From: Eledone cirrhosa
Lineage: Eukaryota
Direction of reading: 5' to 3'
Assembly: GCA_964016885.1 (NCBI GenBank)
Contig: OZ024741.1
Location: 195,982,001-196,046,000 of the forward strand
Length of the DNA stretch: 64,000 nt
Shown: positions 38,833 through 52,103 of the stretch, piece after piece
Layout: each line of letters begins with the position of its first letter
Numbering within the stretch: position 1 is the stretch's first letter
Notes under the pieces: generated by a model
What the model saw: only the letters and a program-made list of their open reading frames with translations
Database searches by the model: none
Told to the model about the DNA's origin: nothing
Made by a program: the position numbers and the translations under genes

Positions 38833-38974
38833 ATATTACTTAATGTACCTGTGTTAAGTTCCAAAACAAATAGATACAGTTCTCTATGTAGCCAATATTC
38901 TTATACAACAAAACCAGGTGGCTCTAACATTGGAAGGACTTTTCATTCAGAATCTGATGCTTTACCACTATCAA
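38833..38974 (+). CDS. DNMBP: DNMBP-like exon (low-complexity linker); alternative in-frame donor at 38992
   Basis: tttttcag|ATA...; open frame ILLNVPVLSSKTNRYSSL...SDALPLS. Both donors (gtgagt and gtatgt) are phase 1, matching the next exon. Confidence 0.6.
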
Positions 38975-39009
38975 GTGAGTTAAAATCTATTTGTATGTAA
39001 AGTAGTAGT

Positions 39010-39480
39010 ATTAGTGCCATCTTGGAGAGTACCCAGTCCACCCTGTAAGGTGGTCGTGCTAGTGCCCAAACAAAAAGCCCCCAGTCCACTCTGGAAAGTG
39101 GTTGTACTGGTGCCACGACGAAAGCATCCAGTTAAGCCTGGAAAGTGGTTGTACTGGTTCTATGACCAAAAGCCACCAGTCCACCCAGTAAGGTGGTTGT
39201 ACTAGTTCCACAACAAAAAGCACCCAGCCCACCCTGTAAGGTGGTTGTGCTAGTTCCACAAAAAAAGCACCCAGCCCACCCTGTAAGGTGGTTGTGCTAG
39301 TTCCACAAAAAAAGCACCCAGCCCACCCTGTAAGGTGGTTGTACTAGTTCCACAAAAAAGCACCCAGCCCACCCTGTAAGGTGGTTATGCTAGTTCCACA
39401 AAAATATCACTCAGTCCACCCTGTATGGTGGTAGTACTGGTGCTATAACAAAAAGCACGCAGTCAACCCTGTTAGTGCTG
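39010..39480. repeat. ~47-bp tandem repeat, ~10 copies, derived from a LINE/SINE 3'UTR motif
   Basis: Unit AAAAAGCACCCAGCCCACCCTGTAAGGTGGTTGTGCTAGTTCCAC. The same motif occurs singly at ~11795, 46170, 48340 and 51245. Confidence 0.85.
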
Positions 39481-40055
39481 TTGCCATGTCAAAAATCTTT
39501 TAAGTACATCAGGCTTATTAAAGTTTGATAATCTATCTCCATCGAAATATTATTCTAAGTGTTAGCATTCCTGCAATAATTAATTTTCTTTAGACATTAA
39601 TAAACATTATACATTACAAGAAATCCCATATGTTATAAAATAAATAGGATGGGTTGGGGTCTCAATATGTAAACTAAACAACTAATTTTGGTTTTAAAAA
39701 AATCAAGAGAGACAACCTGGAAAAATGACCGATTTCCACCACCCTTATTATTTGGGACCCGAGAGTATGTTGTTATCCAGACTTCTCTTGTATGATTGAA
39801 GACTTTTGTAATGACCACCTGTTTCTACAGTAGCTTGTATAGTGGCATTCTTTCATCCTTACGGGGTCGATAAAATAAAGTACCAGCAATACACTGGGGT
39901 AATTGCTGGCCTTGTGCCAAAAGTAGAAACAATTATGTTATGCTCACGTATGCAGCCAAGTAAATGTCAAATTTGAATAATAACATTAAATAAAATGTTT
40001 ATATTTATTCTTAATAAAAATACATTAACTGATTTGTTTCATTAATGTTAACCAG

Positions 40056-40099
40056 GTAATAGTGATTTGAAGCAGTCTTTGATGATTGAAGATGATGGC
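40056..40099 (+). CDS. DNMBP: DNMBP-like micro-exon (44 bp)
   Basis: cag|GT AAT AGT...GGC|gtaagt, phase 1 to phase 0. It bridges the frame between the 38833 exon and the SH3 exon. Confidence 0.6.
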
Positions 40100-40139
40100 G
40101 TAAGTAAATAATCTTCTTTTTCTCCTCCTCCTCCTCCTC

Positions 40140-41210
40140 CTCCTCCTTCCCAGTTATTCTTGGGAGAGTTGTTGGGAGCAGAGACCTCAGACACACTTTA
40201 CAGAGGGTCCTGTCAAAAACAACTGTCTTCACTTGTGCCCATAAAATTTCTCCAGCGATTCTTTTCTGAGATATTCTAACCAAATATCTTTAGTATCTGA
40301 GCTATGATCTCTTGATTCAGAGGGACTCCTTGATCTCCAAACTATGCACCCTAACATTAGTTTAAAGACTTTTTGGAGGAACCCCATTTCAGCCGCTTGT
40401 ATTCATAATCATATTCTTTTGATCATTACCTATGATACATGACTGTAGGTAAGGGTAGGCACGAACAACGAATTAAAGGTAGCAAGTTTGGTTTTTACAC
40501 CTACCTCCATTCATCTGATGAATGAGTGCTGAAATTGATGCATTACTGCACCAGCTCCTGCAAATCTTGCATTTAATTCAGCTTCATGCCTTCCATCACT
40601 CGTGAAAACAATCCAATACACTTTAACATCTCCACCTGCTTCAATGGAATTTCACACATGCAAAATGAATTAGGGAGGCTTCTTTGTGTCCACGTCTTTG
40701 TACCACTCATTTTTGTTCCCTCCATGCCGTACTTGGCAGCAAACCTGTCAAGCACATGTTGGAGATCATCTTCTGATGTGTTAGGTAATATCATGTCATC
40801 TGCAAATTCCAACTGACTGATCCTACATCTGCCACTCTCAAAACTACTTCCAACCCGGCTACACATGTCTATCCTGTTCATGAAGATTATGAATAGGAGA
40901 GGTGACTGTACACACCCTTGGTAGTGTCCAGCACCCATATTGAATGGTTTTGATTTACCACCATTTATCGGAACACAAATACTAGGGTATTCATACAGAG
41001 ACATCAGGGCAAAAAGACGCTGTCCAGCAATCCAATACTCCTGCAGGATCTTCCACAGCAGATCCTGTGAAACTTCGTCATATAAATTTCCGAGATATGT
41101 AAATTTCTCGAACCTACCACAGTGTATTTACTCAGCTGTGCTGCACAGCCCTGGATTCACCATAGCTGACCAGATACTCACACTGTGGCAGGTTTTCGAG
41201 AAATGGCACT
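40140..41210 (-). mobile_element. Degenerate RTE-like LINE RT fragment
   Basis: QGCVQSPLLFIIFMNRI...LEFADDM; same family as 24520-25370. Confidence 0.8.
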
Positions 41211-41394
41211 GTATGTTAAAATTTTATATTTTTGTAATGATTTAAATTTTAGAAATGTTTTGCTTCTCATTAAAAAATAGCATGATTAAATTTTTATAAC
41301 ACTACCATTATGCTATAAATTTAGTCTATTTATATTAATACTAATTGCTGTAAATAATATATTAATATATTTTAACCTTTTCCTCTCTATTTAG

Positions 41395-41634
41395 TTCTAC
41401 TTTGCTAAGATGCCTTATTATGGTCGAGTTAACCAGCCAGAAGTATCCCTCTATGATGGACAGTTTGTTACTGTCACTGCAAAGAAAGATGGAAATGGAA
41501 ATAGTGAGTGGTGGGAAGTTAACACAGGTGATACTGTTGGATATTGTCCAGCTATCTGCTTAGAAAAAGCAACAGATTTCATGGAAACTGGAGAAATACC
41601 TTTTTCAGAGTTTAACATTATGGATACTTCCTAA
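41395..41634 (+). CDS. DNMBP: DNMBP-like terminal exon: C-terminal SH3 domain and stop
   Basis: FYFAKMPYYGRVNQPEVSLYDGQFVTVTAKKDGNGNSEWWEVNTGDTVGYCPAICLEK. The D.GN.EWW signature is typical of the last Tuba/ARHGEF37/38 SH3. Confidence 0.88.
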   Translation, partial: FYFAKMPYYGRVNQPEVSLYDGQFVTVTAKKDGNGNSEWWEVNTGDTVGYCPAICLEKATDFMETGEIPFSEFNIMDTS

Positions 41635-42174
41635 CATTAATTGGAAAATTATATTTGCACGCATAACAGGGAAAACAATGTTAAACAATGATGATGATAA
41701 TTATAATTATTTACATTTATTATTGATTATATATATATTTGAATTTGTAAGTTAGAAGCATCAACATTCTTTTACTATGAAAAATAGTCTGTTGAGTATA
41801 TGAACCCTGGAGACAGAAAAAAATTTTGTACAGCACTGCCTGTGGGACACAAACCCACACACGGAAGCTGTTGAATATCTCAATTACCTTGCTAATACTG
41901 ATATACTGGTGTATATTCTTTTCCTCTTTTACCTGTTCCAGCCAACTGACTGAAGCCATGCTGGGACACTGTCATTGAATAATAGATAACATATTAGACT
42001 ACTAACTAGAATCAACTACAGCCATTTTGTTTTGTTTCTAGATAGAACAACTAATTATAAATACTACAGCTAACTTATCTGTTGCAAATAATGTCAGATC
42101 TTGAAATACCACTTGTTTGTGGAAATAAGGTGGTTTAGAACAAAAACACTCACTACACTAATTATTTAAAAAAA

Positions 42175-42395
42175 TTTGAATTTGAAAGTGAGAAGCATAA
42201 ACATTTTTTGACTATGAAAAATAGTCTAATCTTAGTATATAAACCCTGGAGATGGAAAAACTTTTGAACAGCACTGCCTGTGGAATATGAACCCACACAT
42301 GCAATATACTGGCACTGTAAACATTCTTTTTATCTCCAGGGTTAGACTTTTTCACTGTCAAAAAAGATTGATGCATCTAACTTAAAAATTCAAAC
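42175..42395. mobile_element. MITE-like inverted-repeat element; a further left arm at ~41740-41860
   Basis: TTTGAATTT...AGAAGCAT...GACTATGAAAAATAGTCT...AACCCTGGAGA is mirrored by TCTCCAGGGTTAGACTTTTTCACTGTCAAAA...ATGCATCTAACTT...ATTCAAA. Confidence 0.55.
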
Positions 42396-42789
42396 TCCTT
42401 ATTGTTCAACAGTTCTAAAAATAGATTGTTTACACACAGACATATTTGACTGATTCCATTTGCTGTTACTTCAGTATTCATATCAACACTGTCAGTTAGA
42501 TGAGGTTATTTTCTGTGATCAAAGTATTTCCTTTATCTAACATGGTGTCAAGATTTCACTGATTATGTGAATCACTCATAAGGAATGGTAAGAGAAAAAC
42601 ATTAAATAATAGAATCTGGATGCCATCTTGGATAAAGGAACATTTTTTATGTTGTCTGATTGTGTTGACATGAAACTCAAAGTATTGGCAATTAGCTTTA
42701 GCCAAATAAATACTCTACATCATGTACTAAGTACTTTTTTTCCTGGTTGTATACATATGTGTGTATTCACATATATATAAATGTGTGAA

Positions 42790-42985
42790 AGTACATGGCT
42801 TTGTGGTTAGGGTTTTCAACTCTCAACCATAAGGTTGTGGGTTTGATTCCTGACACCACATTGTGTCCTTGAGCAAGATGCTTATTTAACATTGCTCCAG
42901 TCAACTCAACAGGCAAAATTAACTTAATTAAAAAGGGCCAGCTTTGTCATGCTGAACTATGCTAAAGGTGCATGTGTCTATGTAA
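42790..42985 (+). mobile_element. tRNA-derived SINE (head family of 9037-9373), degenerate
   Basis: ATGGCTTTGTGGTTAGG...GGTTTGATTCC...TGTCCTTGAGCAAGA. Related remnants are at ~47080-47270 and 51740-52005 (both minus) and at 54440-54720. Confidence 0.6.
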
Positions 42986-43839
42986 TACTTAGAGTGGGTT
43001 GTTCCCTTAAAAAAACTGGAACACTCTTTAGTTTTAGAGAGACAAATAATAATATTGAGTCTAAAATCATCAGACATATGATAACATAACCTGTCTTCAC
43101 TCAACGTAATTAGGCTTCTAGGAAAAACATTTTTAAAGTGATCATTTCTGCAAAGCAATGAACTGCTAGATGTAAAATGACTTTTAGAAAAAGCTTGTTA
43201 AAAGAGATATTTGTGAAAAAACTTGGGTGCCTATCTAATACTTAAGTGCAATTAACATAATGAAAACATTTTTTTTTTTTATACTCAGAACATAGAGGGA
43301 TGAAAATTGAAACCTTTCTCTCCCCTCTAGGTTCTGATTTCAAATCTCACCAAAATCAACTTTGCCTTACATCCTTTTGGGGTTGATTTAATTAACTGTT
43401 TCTTTCCACAAAAAAAAAAGTTGGCCTTGTGCCTAATTTAGAAAACATTTTTATGATAAAAATGGTAATCATTGGGAGAATACTTAGAGAGAGATGGTAC
43501 ATGATAAGGAAACATAAAGCCGGTGATGTAAGGAGTGTGTAAGACATGTACAAAGAAACAAATTATCAGTAACATGTTATATGGCAAATGTGGATGTTTG
43601 AATCAATTGAAACTGTATGAAATAAAGAAGACAGAAATCTGAAAAGAATACTGTTCCATTAAAAGAGAAGCAAAATATACTTATGTTTGATGGAGTTTAA
43701 GAGTATAGAGTTTGTCAGTATAAATATCAGACTGAATAGGAAAGAATGACTGATTGAAAGAAATCTAAAGATTGCTAGAGATGAACACTAAAGCATAAGT
43801 AAGAGTGACATGTTGAATAGTTCAAGTGTAGCTGGTTAA

Positions 43840-44429
43840 CCCTTTCATTACCATATTTCTAATGAAATCTGCTGTATTAGAATTAGTTATTGAAGAATTT
43901 GGAGGAATTATTAAGATGGTATTTGTAACATAACAAAAGTATAATGTGGAAAGTGATATAAGGCTAAACAATGCAAAATGGACTGTAAGATGAGGTAACG
44001 AAAAAGTAAGTTACCTGGTAGTCTTTATTTTTGGTTTTTTTTGTTGATGTTGTTTCGGTTTCTTCTCTTTGGAATTTTAATTCCAAAGAGAAGAAACTGG
44101 AACATTTTTCTCTGAGAGTTCCTTATACTCTGAAAAAGGAATTTTAAGTCCCGAATTATTAGGACAAAAGAAATTTCAACGAAAAAAAAAAAGATTACCA
44201 GTTAACTAACTTCTTTGTTACCTTTATCTTACCATCCATTTTACATTTTTTAGCCTTATTACATATATCACTTTCCACATATATATACAATGCCTCAAGT
44301 AAACTGCAACATTTTATTATAACAACAGTAAATTCATGTTGCAAAGTTTAAGTTAAAATAGGAAACCTTTAAAATGGGCAATTTTGTTTCATAGAACTAA
44401 GGTAGTTTGGGGCAGGTTGGTATTAAGAG
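43840..44429 (+). mobile_element. piggyBac-like MITE containing a nested foldback element (43944-44280)
   Basis: TTAA|CCCTTTCATTACC...GGTATTAAGAG|TTAA, with internal ~95-bp inverted arms. Confidence 0.6.
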
Positions 44430-45272
44430 TTAAGCTATATGGATTTGAAGAGTAAGTCTAAGTTTAGGAAAACAATTTCTGTTGGAAACAAGTTTTCTAG
44501 TTGTTTTTTTTTTGTGTGTGTGTTTTACTATGTATTTTGTGATGTGAAAGTAAAATGCCTTCAGTGATTTGAGAGGAATTAACTGAATTCAATCCAATGA
44601 ATGTTCAACATAATCTTGTAAAACAGGTTAATTGTGAGTGAAGTGAGAAAGTGACTACATTGAAAATACTACTCATTGTTTGCTGTGAGGATGAAGAGAT
44701 AGTCATATCCTTGAAGTTGGATGTAACTTATTAAGCTGGAAGAAAACTTATGATAATTGGTAAGGGTTCAGATATGTATTGAAATGTATCTTATAGATTC
44801 ATACAACCTGGACTGTCTTAAGGGAAAATGTTAGATCAAGGATGATGATAATAATCATATTATTCACTAACATTTCATTTTAAAATGACTCTTTTGAGGA
44901 AATTATCTCCAGTGTTCTCTTCAGTACCTATCATGAATCAAACTTGATTTCTTTATTACAAAGATATGTTATAATTAATATAACATGTCCAAATGACTAA
45001 AGAAAATTTTGAGAGTCGTGTTATAAAGATATGAATTTGTTTTGATATCATGGGGAGTGACTTTGTTTAATAAATACAATTATGAACTCTACTATCAGAT
45101 ATTTGATTCTGCAATGAACTCATCCATAGTTTACTGTAGTTCAAAGTTCTTTGATGATAATGTATATTGAGGATGTATGGATTTCTAACACTGTATCCTG
45201 GAAAGGATACTTGAGCAGTATGATTATCTATTTGGGAAATGACAGCAACCATTACAGTTTAGGTTCCATTAA

Positions 45273-45587
45273 CCCTTTCATTGCCATAGTTTTTGAAAAT
45301 TGAAAAAATTTAATGAGATAATTAATCTTTTCATTATTATTTGAAACATTACTTAACAAAAAATTCTAAAACATAATTATGATGGAAGGTTTTGATGTAA
45401 GTGTGAACACTTTAAAATGGTAAGGTGGGTTGCTATGGATTGCGTTGTGTTTTTATGCAGTGTTTCTGGAGCAGGTTAGTTTAGTAGAAGCCTTACTCCA
45501 ACCACTTCTCAGGAGTAACTGGGTTCTGTAAACTTTGAAAGTGAGCTTCCCCACCACATGGTTTCTGGTGGGTTAGTATCAAAAGGG
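45273..45587 (+). mobile_element. piggyBac-like MITE
   Basis: TTAA on both sides, with termini CCCTTTCATTGC...GTATCAAAAGGG. Confidence 0.7.
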
Positions 45588-47624
45588 TTAAATTATCATT
45601 CGGTCAGAATTACAGTAGCCACTACTGATTGAAATATATATGCTTCCAATTTTAGAGCCTAAAACAAGTACATTCAGTATGAAGGTGTTTAAGTCATCTT
45701 CTGCTCTGCAGTATCTCTAGATCTTTCGATTGATAAAATTAAAATAACTGTAATATATATGTTCTTTATTCTCAGGCTATTTGAAATTTTGTAAACATAA
45801 AAAGATATTCATTTTAAATCACTGAAAAAGTGTTTCATTGAATTACTTGTAATTCAGTGAATTAATTTAATCAAAATAGCATTTAAAATAATTGCAATAA
45901 AAACATTTAATTTTTTTTTTTTTTAATGTAATTATAAATTCTTGTACATTCCAAAATGAAATGACCAAATTTGACATTCTTGTTTTGTTCTCTATCATGT
46001 AGCTCCTCAAATAGTTTTTAAAATTCTTTACTGCCACATTAATACTCACATTTTCTATGTAGTTGTTAAAATTTGAATTCTTTACTTTCTTAATAAAACT
46101 CGAATTGTTAATAGTAGTTGTTAAAATCTTAATTTTTTTATACCATAATAATACCTGCTTAAGACAAAAAACGCCCAGTCCACCCTGTAAGGTGGTTGTA
46201 CTTGTGCCATGACAAAAAGCACCCAGCCCAAGTGGTTGGCATTAGGGAGGGCATCCAGTCATAGAAAACCAAGTCAAAAATGGAGAATATGAACAAGATA
46301 TGGTCATCTAACCTCTAACATGACAGCCCATCTAACCCATGCAAGCATAGAAAATGAACATTAAATGGTGGTGATTGGAAAATGTACATTAAACTATGAT
46401 GATGATTTGTAACTTTTGTTTTGGTTTCTCATGACAGAGAAACATAATTTATGCTTTAATCAAATGAGATATGTCATTGCCCATGACCTGGGAGGGGGGC
46501 TTCTGAGACTGGTAAGGCGCGGAAATAGGAAGAAATCATTATTTATGAAATGCTGCTAACAACTACTTAGGTCCCTGTAAATAGTCCAGCTTGAAGTTAG
46601 AGACCTTGAACAAGCCTGCCAGCAAATAAATAGGACAGCATCCAAAGACTTTATTATCAGTAAACCTCTGCTGGGAACCACTTTTGCATCTACTCTCTAA
46701 CAAACTGCAACAGGAGGTAAGAAAATTTACAAGATGAAGCAAGAATCAACATGAAAACATTGAATTATCCTTAAACTGAAGACCTGGTTCAAATACTGGC
46801 AACAGAGTGGATTCCACTAAAGTCACTAAGTAGTATTAAACTGGTCAAGTGGTGATTTATATGTTATCAATGCTGAATAGATTGCTTTCTACACATCAGT
46901 GCCAGTCCTCCATAACTGGAGAAAGGAAGCCAAAGCTAACATACACCAAGACGTCAGAGTTAGCAAATTAAAACCAGTCCTTGTTGGGTTGGTTAAGCTG
47001 TCATTACATGGTGTGATATGTGTTGGAGTTCAATCAGTTCCAAAGATTGGTGTTCCAGTTATTTGTACAAAATTAATGTGCAAGTAGTTGAGCATTCCAC
47101 AGATAATATGCACCCTTAATGTAGTTCTCAGGGAGATTCAGCATGGCACAGTGAGTGAATTACAGGTACAACTCATTTTTGTCTGCTGAGTGAACTGGAG
47201 CAATGTGAAATAAAGTACCTTACTGAGAGGCAAGCTCACAACTTTGATTGTGAGCTAAATACCCTAGTCGCAGACATTGCATGGTAGTATGTACACACAA
47301 GAACAGAATACACAGACACACCTTCGATGTTCAACTCTAAATATTTAAGCGACATGTTAAGCCCACCACACCCTTTACTTTTTCATACCAGATTGATCCT
47401 ATTTGCAAAAAACAGATCAAATTCACATTTAGCAGGATTTAATCAAGTTCCCCAAATTTGAAATCACTCTTAATAATGCTCAGTCTTGCAAGAAGTACAT
47501 ACAGTGCTAGTGTAACTACTAAATAAAATGAGCACATGCTTATGGCATCAATAAAAGAGGGATAATATTTTACTCAAATTAATTGTATTTGTATATAAAT
47601 ATCTGTATATGTATATATATTAAG

Positions 47625-48530
47625 GGAGTTACTACTGCTGCTAGCCACATAAGGTTTTTTCCTTAAAATGAAGGACAGATTGTATGATGCATGTATACAA
47701 ACAGCAATGTTGCATGGTAGTGAAACCTGGGCACTGTGCAGAAGACCTGTGGAGATTGGAAAGAAATGAAACTTGCACGCTCTAATGGATGTGTTATAGT
47801 TAATATACATGAACGACAAAGCATAAATGAACTGAGAGAGAAACTGGGTATAAAAGGAGTCAGATGCAGTGTGCAGGAGAGAAGAATGTGTTGATATGGA
47901 GATGTGATGTGTACGAAGGATGACAGCTGACCTTGCCCAAATGCACCTCTCGAAGGCAATGACACAGGATCGATATCCCTGGTGTTATGTCATAATGCAG
48001 AAATCCCACCTTCCCATGGGCACAGGTTGAAGCATACATCTTGTATACACTACCTTCCCCCTCCCCTTTCCATACACCTCGACACCATAAAAAACCTTGC
48101 CTGTCCACATCTCTTCCCCTCTTGCACCCCCATGTCCTAACACACCATCCACGCCTGAACACCCCATCTCCTTAGATCTACCTCCCACTCACACAATTCC
48201 CCAGCCCACATTGTAAAGTAGTCATGTAGGTCTCACAACAAATAGCACCCAGCCCACACTGTAACTTGGTAGTGTAGGTGACACAACAAAAAATGCCCGG
48301 CCCAAACTGCAAAGTGATTGAGTAGGTGTCATGACAAAAAGCACCCAGCCCAACACACACTGTAAATGTGGTTGGTATTAGGAAGGGCATCCAGCCATAG
48401 AAACCAAGCCAAAACCAATCCTGTTTGAGTAAGTCATAATCATTAGACCTGGCTTTGTCTCACAACAGGGCAACTTGTCTAACCTATGCTAGCATGGAAA
48501 ATGGACATTAAATGATGGTGATGATGACTA
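47625..48530 (+). mobile_element. Degenerate RTE LINE 3' fragment with 3'UTR and GAT tail
   Basis: Homologous to 4440-4930 (LKMKDRLYDACIQTAMLHGSETWAL). Confidence 0.8.
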
Positions 48531-48844
48531 ATACCTTTTTCCAATTTTTTTTTTAATTCCATATCAGACCATGTTTCCTCTATGCTTCATCTCCTGTTAC
48601 CTATTGGGATGCAGATTTCACCAAAACTGACTTTATTTTGATTAACTGATGGGTTAAGTAAGAAGAACATGGAAAAAATAAAACTAATTAAGAATAAAAA
48701 TGCAAGAAATAGTAAAGTAAAGTGCAAGTATCCAGATTTATACATGAAAGGAATTCGTTTCTTTCTTCTTTCTTCAGGAATATCTTCTTTGGTGGATAGG
48801 CCTCTTGATCAGGATGGATTTCTACAATATTTGCAGCAATTTAT

Positions 48845-49720
48845 CACTTCTCAATAAACAATGTTTTTTGTGTTTCTAATTAATGCATAGATGTAATGAT
48901 TTTTCCTACTTGTTACTGTTGAACATCTGATGTAAAGCTGACCATGAATGAAGCAGGGCTCTTCAAGCTGTAAACCAGCAACTGAAAATGTTTGCCCTTG
49001 CAATTTGTTGATGGTCATGGCAAAACTAAGACTCACTGGAAATTGAAGTTGTTTGAATTCAAATGGGACATCAGTGGGGATCAGAAGAATTCTTGGGAGG
49101 AATGCATCTTCTCCCTTACCACATCCTGTTTAAATGGTGGCTTGAATCATGTGTGGATACATTCTTCTCAACCGATCAAGTGCCATTGCATAGCCTAGGT
49201 GGGTCCAAATTCCTCAATAACAAGACGGGTTCTCCTTTAAGGTCAAAGACATGTGGTGGCATTCCTGATGATTCTAAAGAGTTGAGGAACTCTGTCAGGT
49301 AATTAACAGCTGCCCATTGTTCCACCACTGTGTCAACAGACCTATAGAAGTTCACATCCCATGGAATTGTTTTTAACAGATCTTGATTTATCAATTTCAC
49401 TGTCACATTTTTCAGAGCCATTACAGCCCTTTCATTGAGCCACTTGAGACTTGTGAACAGATCCTCAACATTAGGGAACACTCTGAGATCGGGTATGGAT
49501 TCTACCTATCATGGCTATGGGATTTATATAAATAGCTCCCTTGCTAACTACAGAAAGTCTTCCGTCCCCAAGCATTAAGAGATTTTGTACCGAATGCCCT
49601 GCCTGTTCATCTCCACCAAGATATGCCTTCATATTTGTAGAGATCTCAACAACTTTGACTGAACTCCAAAGTGTCGAATTTTTCAAATAAGCTCAGATTT
49701 CATCAATTCTAGTAGCCTGT
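48845..49720 (-). pseudogene. Helitron RepHel C-terminal Pif1-like helicase remnant
   Basis: EFLNSLESSGMPPH...PVLLLRNLDPPRLCNGT and FAMTINKLQGQT...PCFIHGQLY...TKNIVY, broken by stops and frameshifts. Confidence 0.88.
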
Positions 49721-50306
49721 CATTGCTTGGAAATTTTCACATAGAATGCCTTTCAATTATTTTTATTCCTCTGTGCTTCATCCCTCGTTACTTATTCCCT
49801 GTGGTCCATCCCCATGAATCGTCAATCGTCTCCAGGTGGTTTCTATGGAAAGTGAACTGAAACAACACAAAATAAAGTGTCTTGCTTAAGGACACAACAC
49901 ATCACCAGGAATTGAACCTTACAATCGTGAGTCAAATGCAACTAAGTCACACTGTGACAAAACGTCATATGGACAGAAGAAAAGAGCGTTGCAACAGACG
50001 ATGAAAAAAAACATTCACTAATCTGATTGGCTATCTATCACCTTTTTACTTCGCACATTAATGAATATTTTCGCTGATAGAAATGATGACAGCTTCTAAA
50101 GACATTCAATTTTGGAGATCGGCAAGTTGAGTTATTTCTCTTAGCAAATTATATTGTTTAATTACTCAAAACCAAAAACATTCCTCTTGGGATACAAATG
50201 TTGAAAATCAAATCTGTTTTTCTCTAAGCTGCACACTTTAGGAGCCTTTCAACTGCATACATGTATACATAGATGCATACACTCTCAAATATATAATATA
50301 TGTATA

Positions 50307-51004
50307 TGTAATAGTAATATACGTGAACGGCAAAGCATAAACGAACTAAGGAAAAAATTAGAAATAAGAGGGATCAGATGTTGTTTACTCGAGAGAAGGC
50401 TACGTTGGTATGGTCACATGATGTGCATGAAGGACGATAGCTGTATAACAAAGTGCAGGGCAATAAAGATAGACGGTAGCCACGGAATAGGCAGACCCAG
50501 AAAAACCTGGGACGAGCTGATAAATTCCGACCTCACACACTTACACCTCACCAAGACAATGTCACTGGACCGAGACCTTTGGCGGTACTCAGTAATAGAG
50601 AAGACCCGCCTTACCTAAATACAAAGTAAAACCTACTACAGTCAGTAGGCATCTCTAACAAAATACACCCCCGTCCCACCACCCTCACCCCATCCACACC
50701 GCCCCTTTCAATGTAAAGTTATGTTGGTGCCACAACATCCAGGTCGAAACAAATGAGATCGTGTAGGTGCCACGTCAAAAAAACACAGTTCACGCTGTAA
50801 TGTGGCCGTGTAGGCAACACGGTAAAAACCTCCCAGCCCCACACTGTAAATGTGGTTGGTGTTAGGAAGGGCATCCAACTGTAGAAAATCCGCCAGATAG
50901 TCCTATGCGAGCAAGATAATCACTCTTGCCTCAAGTGGGAAAACCCCCGTCCAAACCCATGCAAGCGTGGAACACGGACGTTAAACGTTGATGATGATGA
51001 TGAT
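50307..51004 (+). mobile_element. 5'-truncated young RTE copy (same family as 4336-8910) with intact 3'UTR
   Basis: Near-identical to 4617-4962 plus 8559-8910; ends in (GAT)n. Confidence 0.92.
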
Positions 51005-52103
51005 AATTGTATTAAAAATATCAAATTACCATTTCCCTGACCAAGTTTGCACAAAGTGGTTGTCATTTGGCTCTTGTTTGTTCTTATAATGATATATGGA
51101 GGGGGGCATTTTATAGTGAGTTATTGAAATGCAAATAAAGTTTTAGGAAATAAAAAATAATCTAGCTATCTCTGTCAGAAATAATTTAGATATCTGTAGC
51201 AAGACATGACAACATTCTTAGTGTTGGTGATTTACATAATAAACACACCCAGTACACTCTGTAAAGTGGTTGGTGATAAGAAGGGTATCCAGTCATAAGA
51301 AACCTTCTAAACAAGGATGGGAGGACTCTTCAGCTGTGTCAAAGACATGACAACCTCCCTAGTACTGGTACCACAATAAAATGCACTTGGAAGCATGTGG
51401 GGCCATATGTTAGGCCCCTGGCCTATTGGAAAAATCAATAGTGTATAGGAAAATAAGCAGGATGCATGTCCCCAGCCCAACTGGAAATCAGTTGCTTTGA
51501 GTACTGATAGGTTTGTGACATGTTCGACCCTAACAATAATTCGCATTCAATATATTGACCAACAACTTAGTGAAACTAAATTAGCATAATGTGTTATAGC
51601 CAATAAGATTACACTCCAACAATTTTGGTACAAACTTGGCTATATTAAACACAACCAAAATATCTGCAAGTGGAGATTGACAGCATAGTCATGTGTGTGT
51701 ATGTTAGCTGCCGGTGGGCTCATCATTTTATACATTACTAACAATCTCTGTTAAAGGCCCCATTCATGGTTTTGCACCTAGAAAGTTTCCCCCTGAGGCA
51801 CAAGCCTGGGCAAGGTTTGTTTTGTGGAAGACCAGTAGTCGCCCATGCATACCGGCCTCCCCTCTCCACACCACCAATGTTGTCCAAGGGAAAGGCAATG
51901 GCCGATACAGCTTGACACCAGTGACGTCGCAACTCATTTCTACATCTGAGTAAACTGGAGCAACGTGAAATAAATTGTCTTGCTCAAGGACACAACACAT
52001 CATTACTTACAATAGTAATGTTTTATCAAGGGAATGAGACTAAAGAATATAAACTCATACTAATATGTAACCAACAATTCATCTGCAGTTCCTCCCATTG
52101 CTC

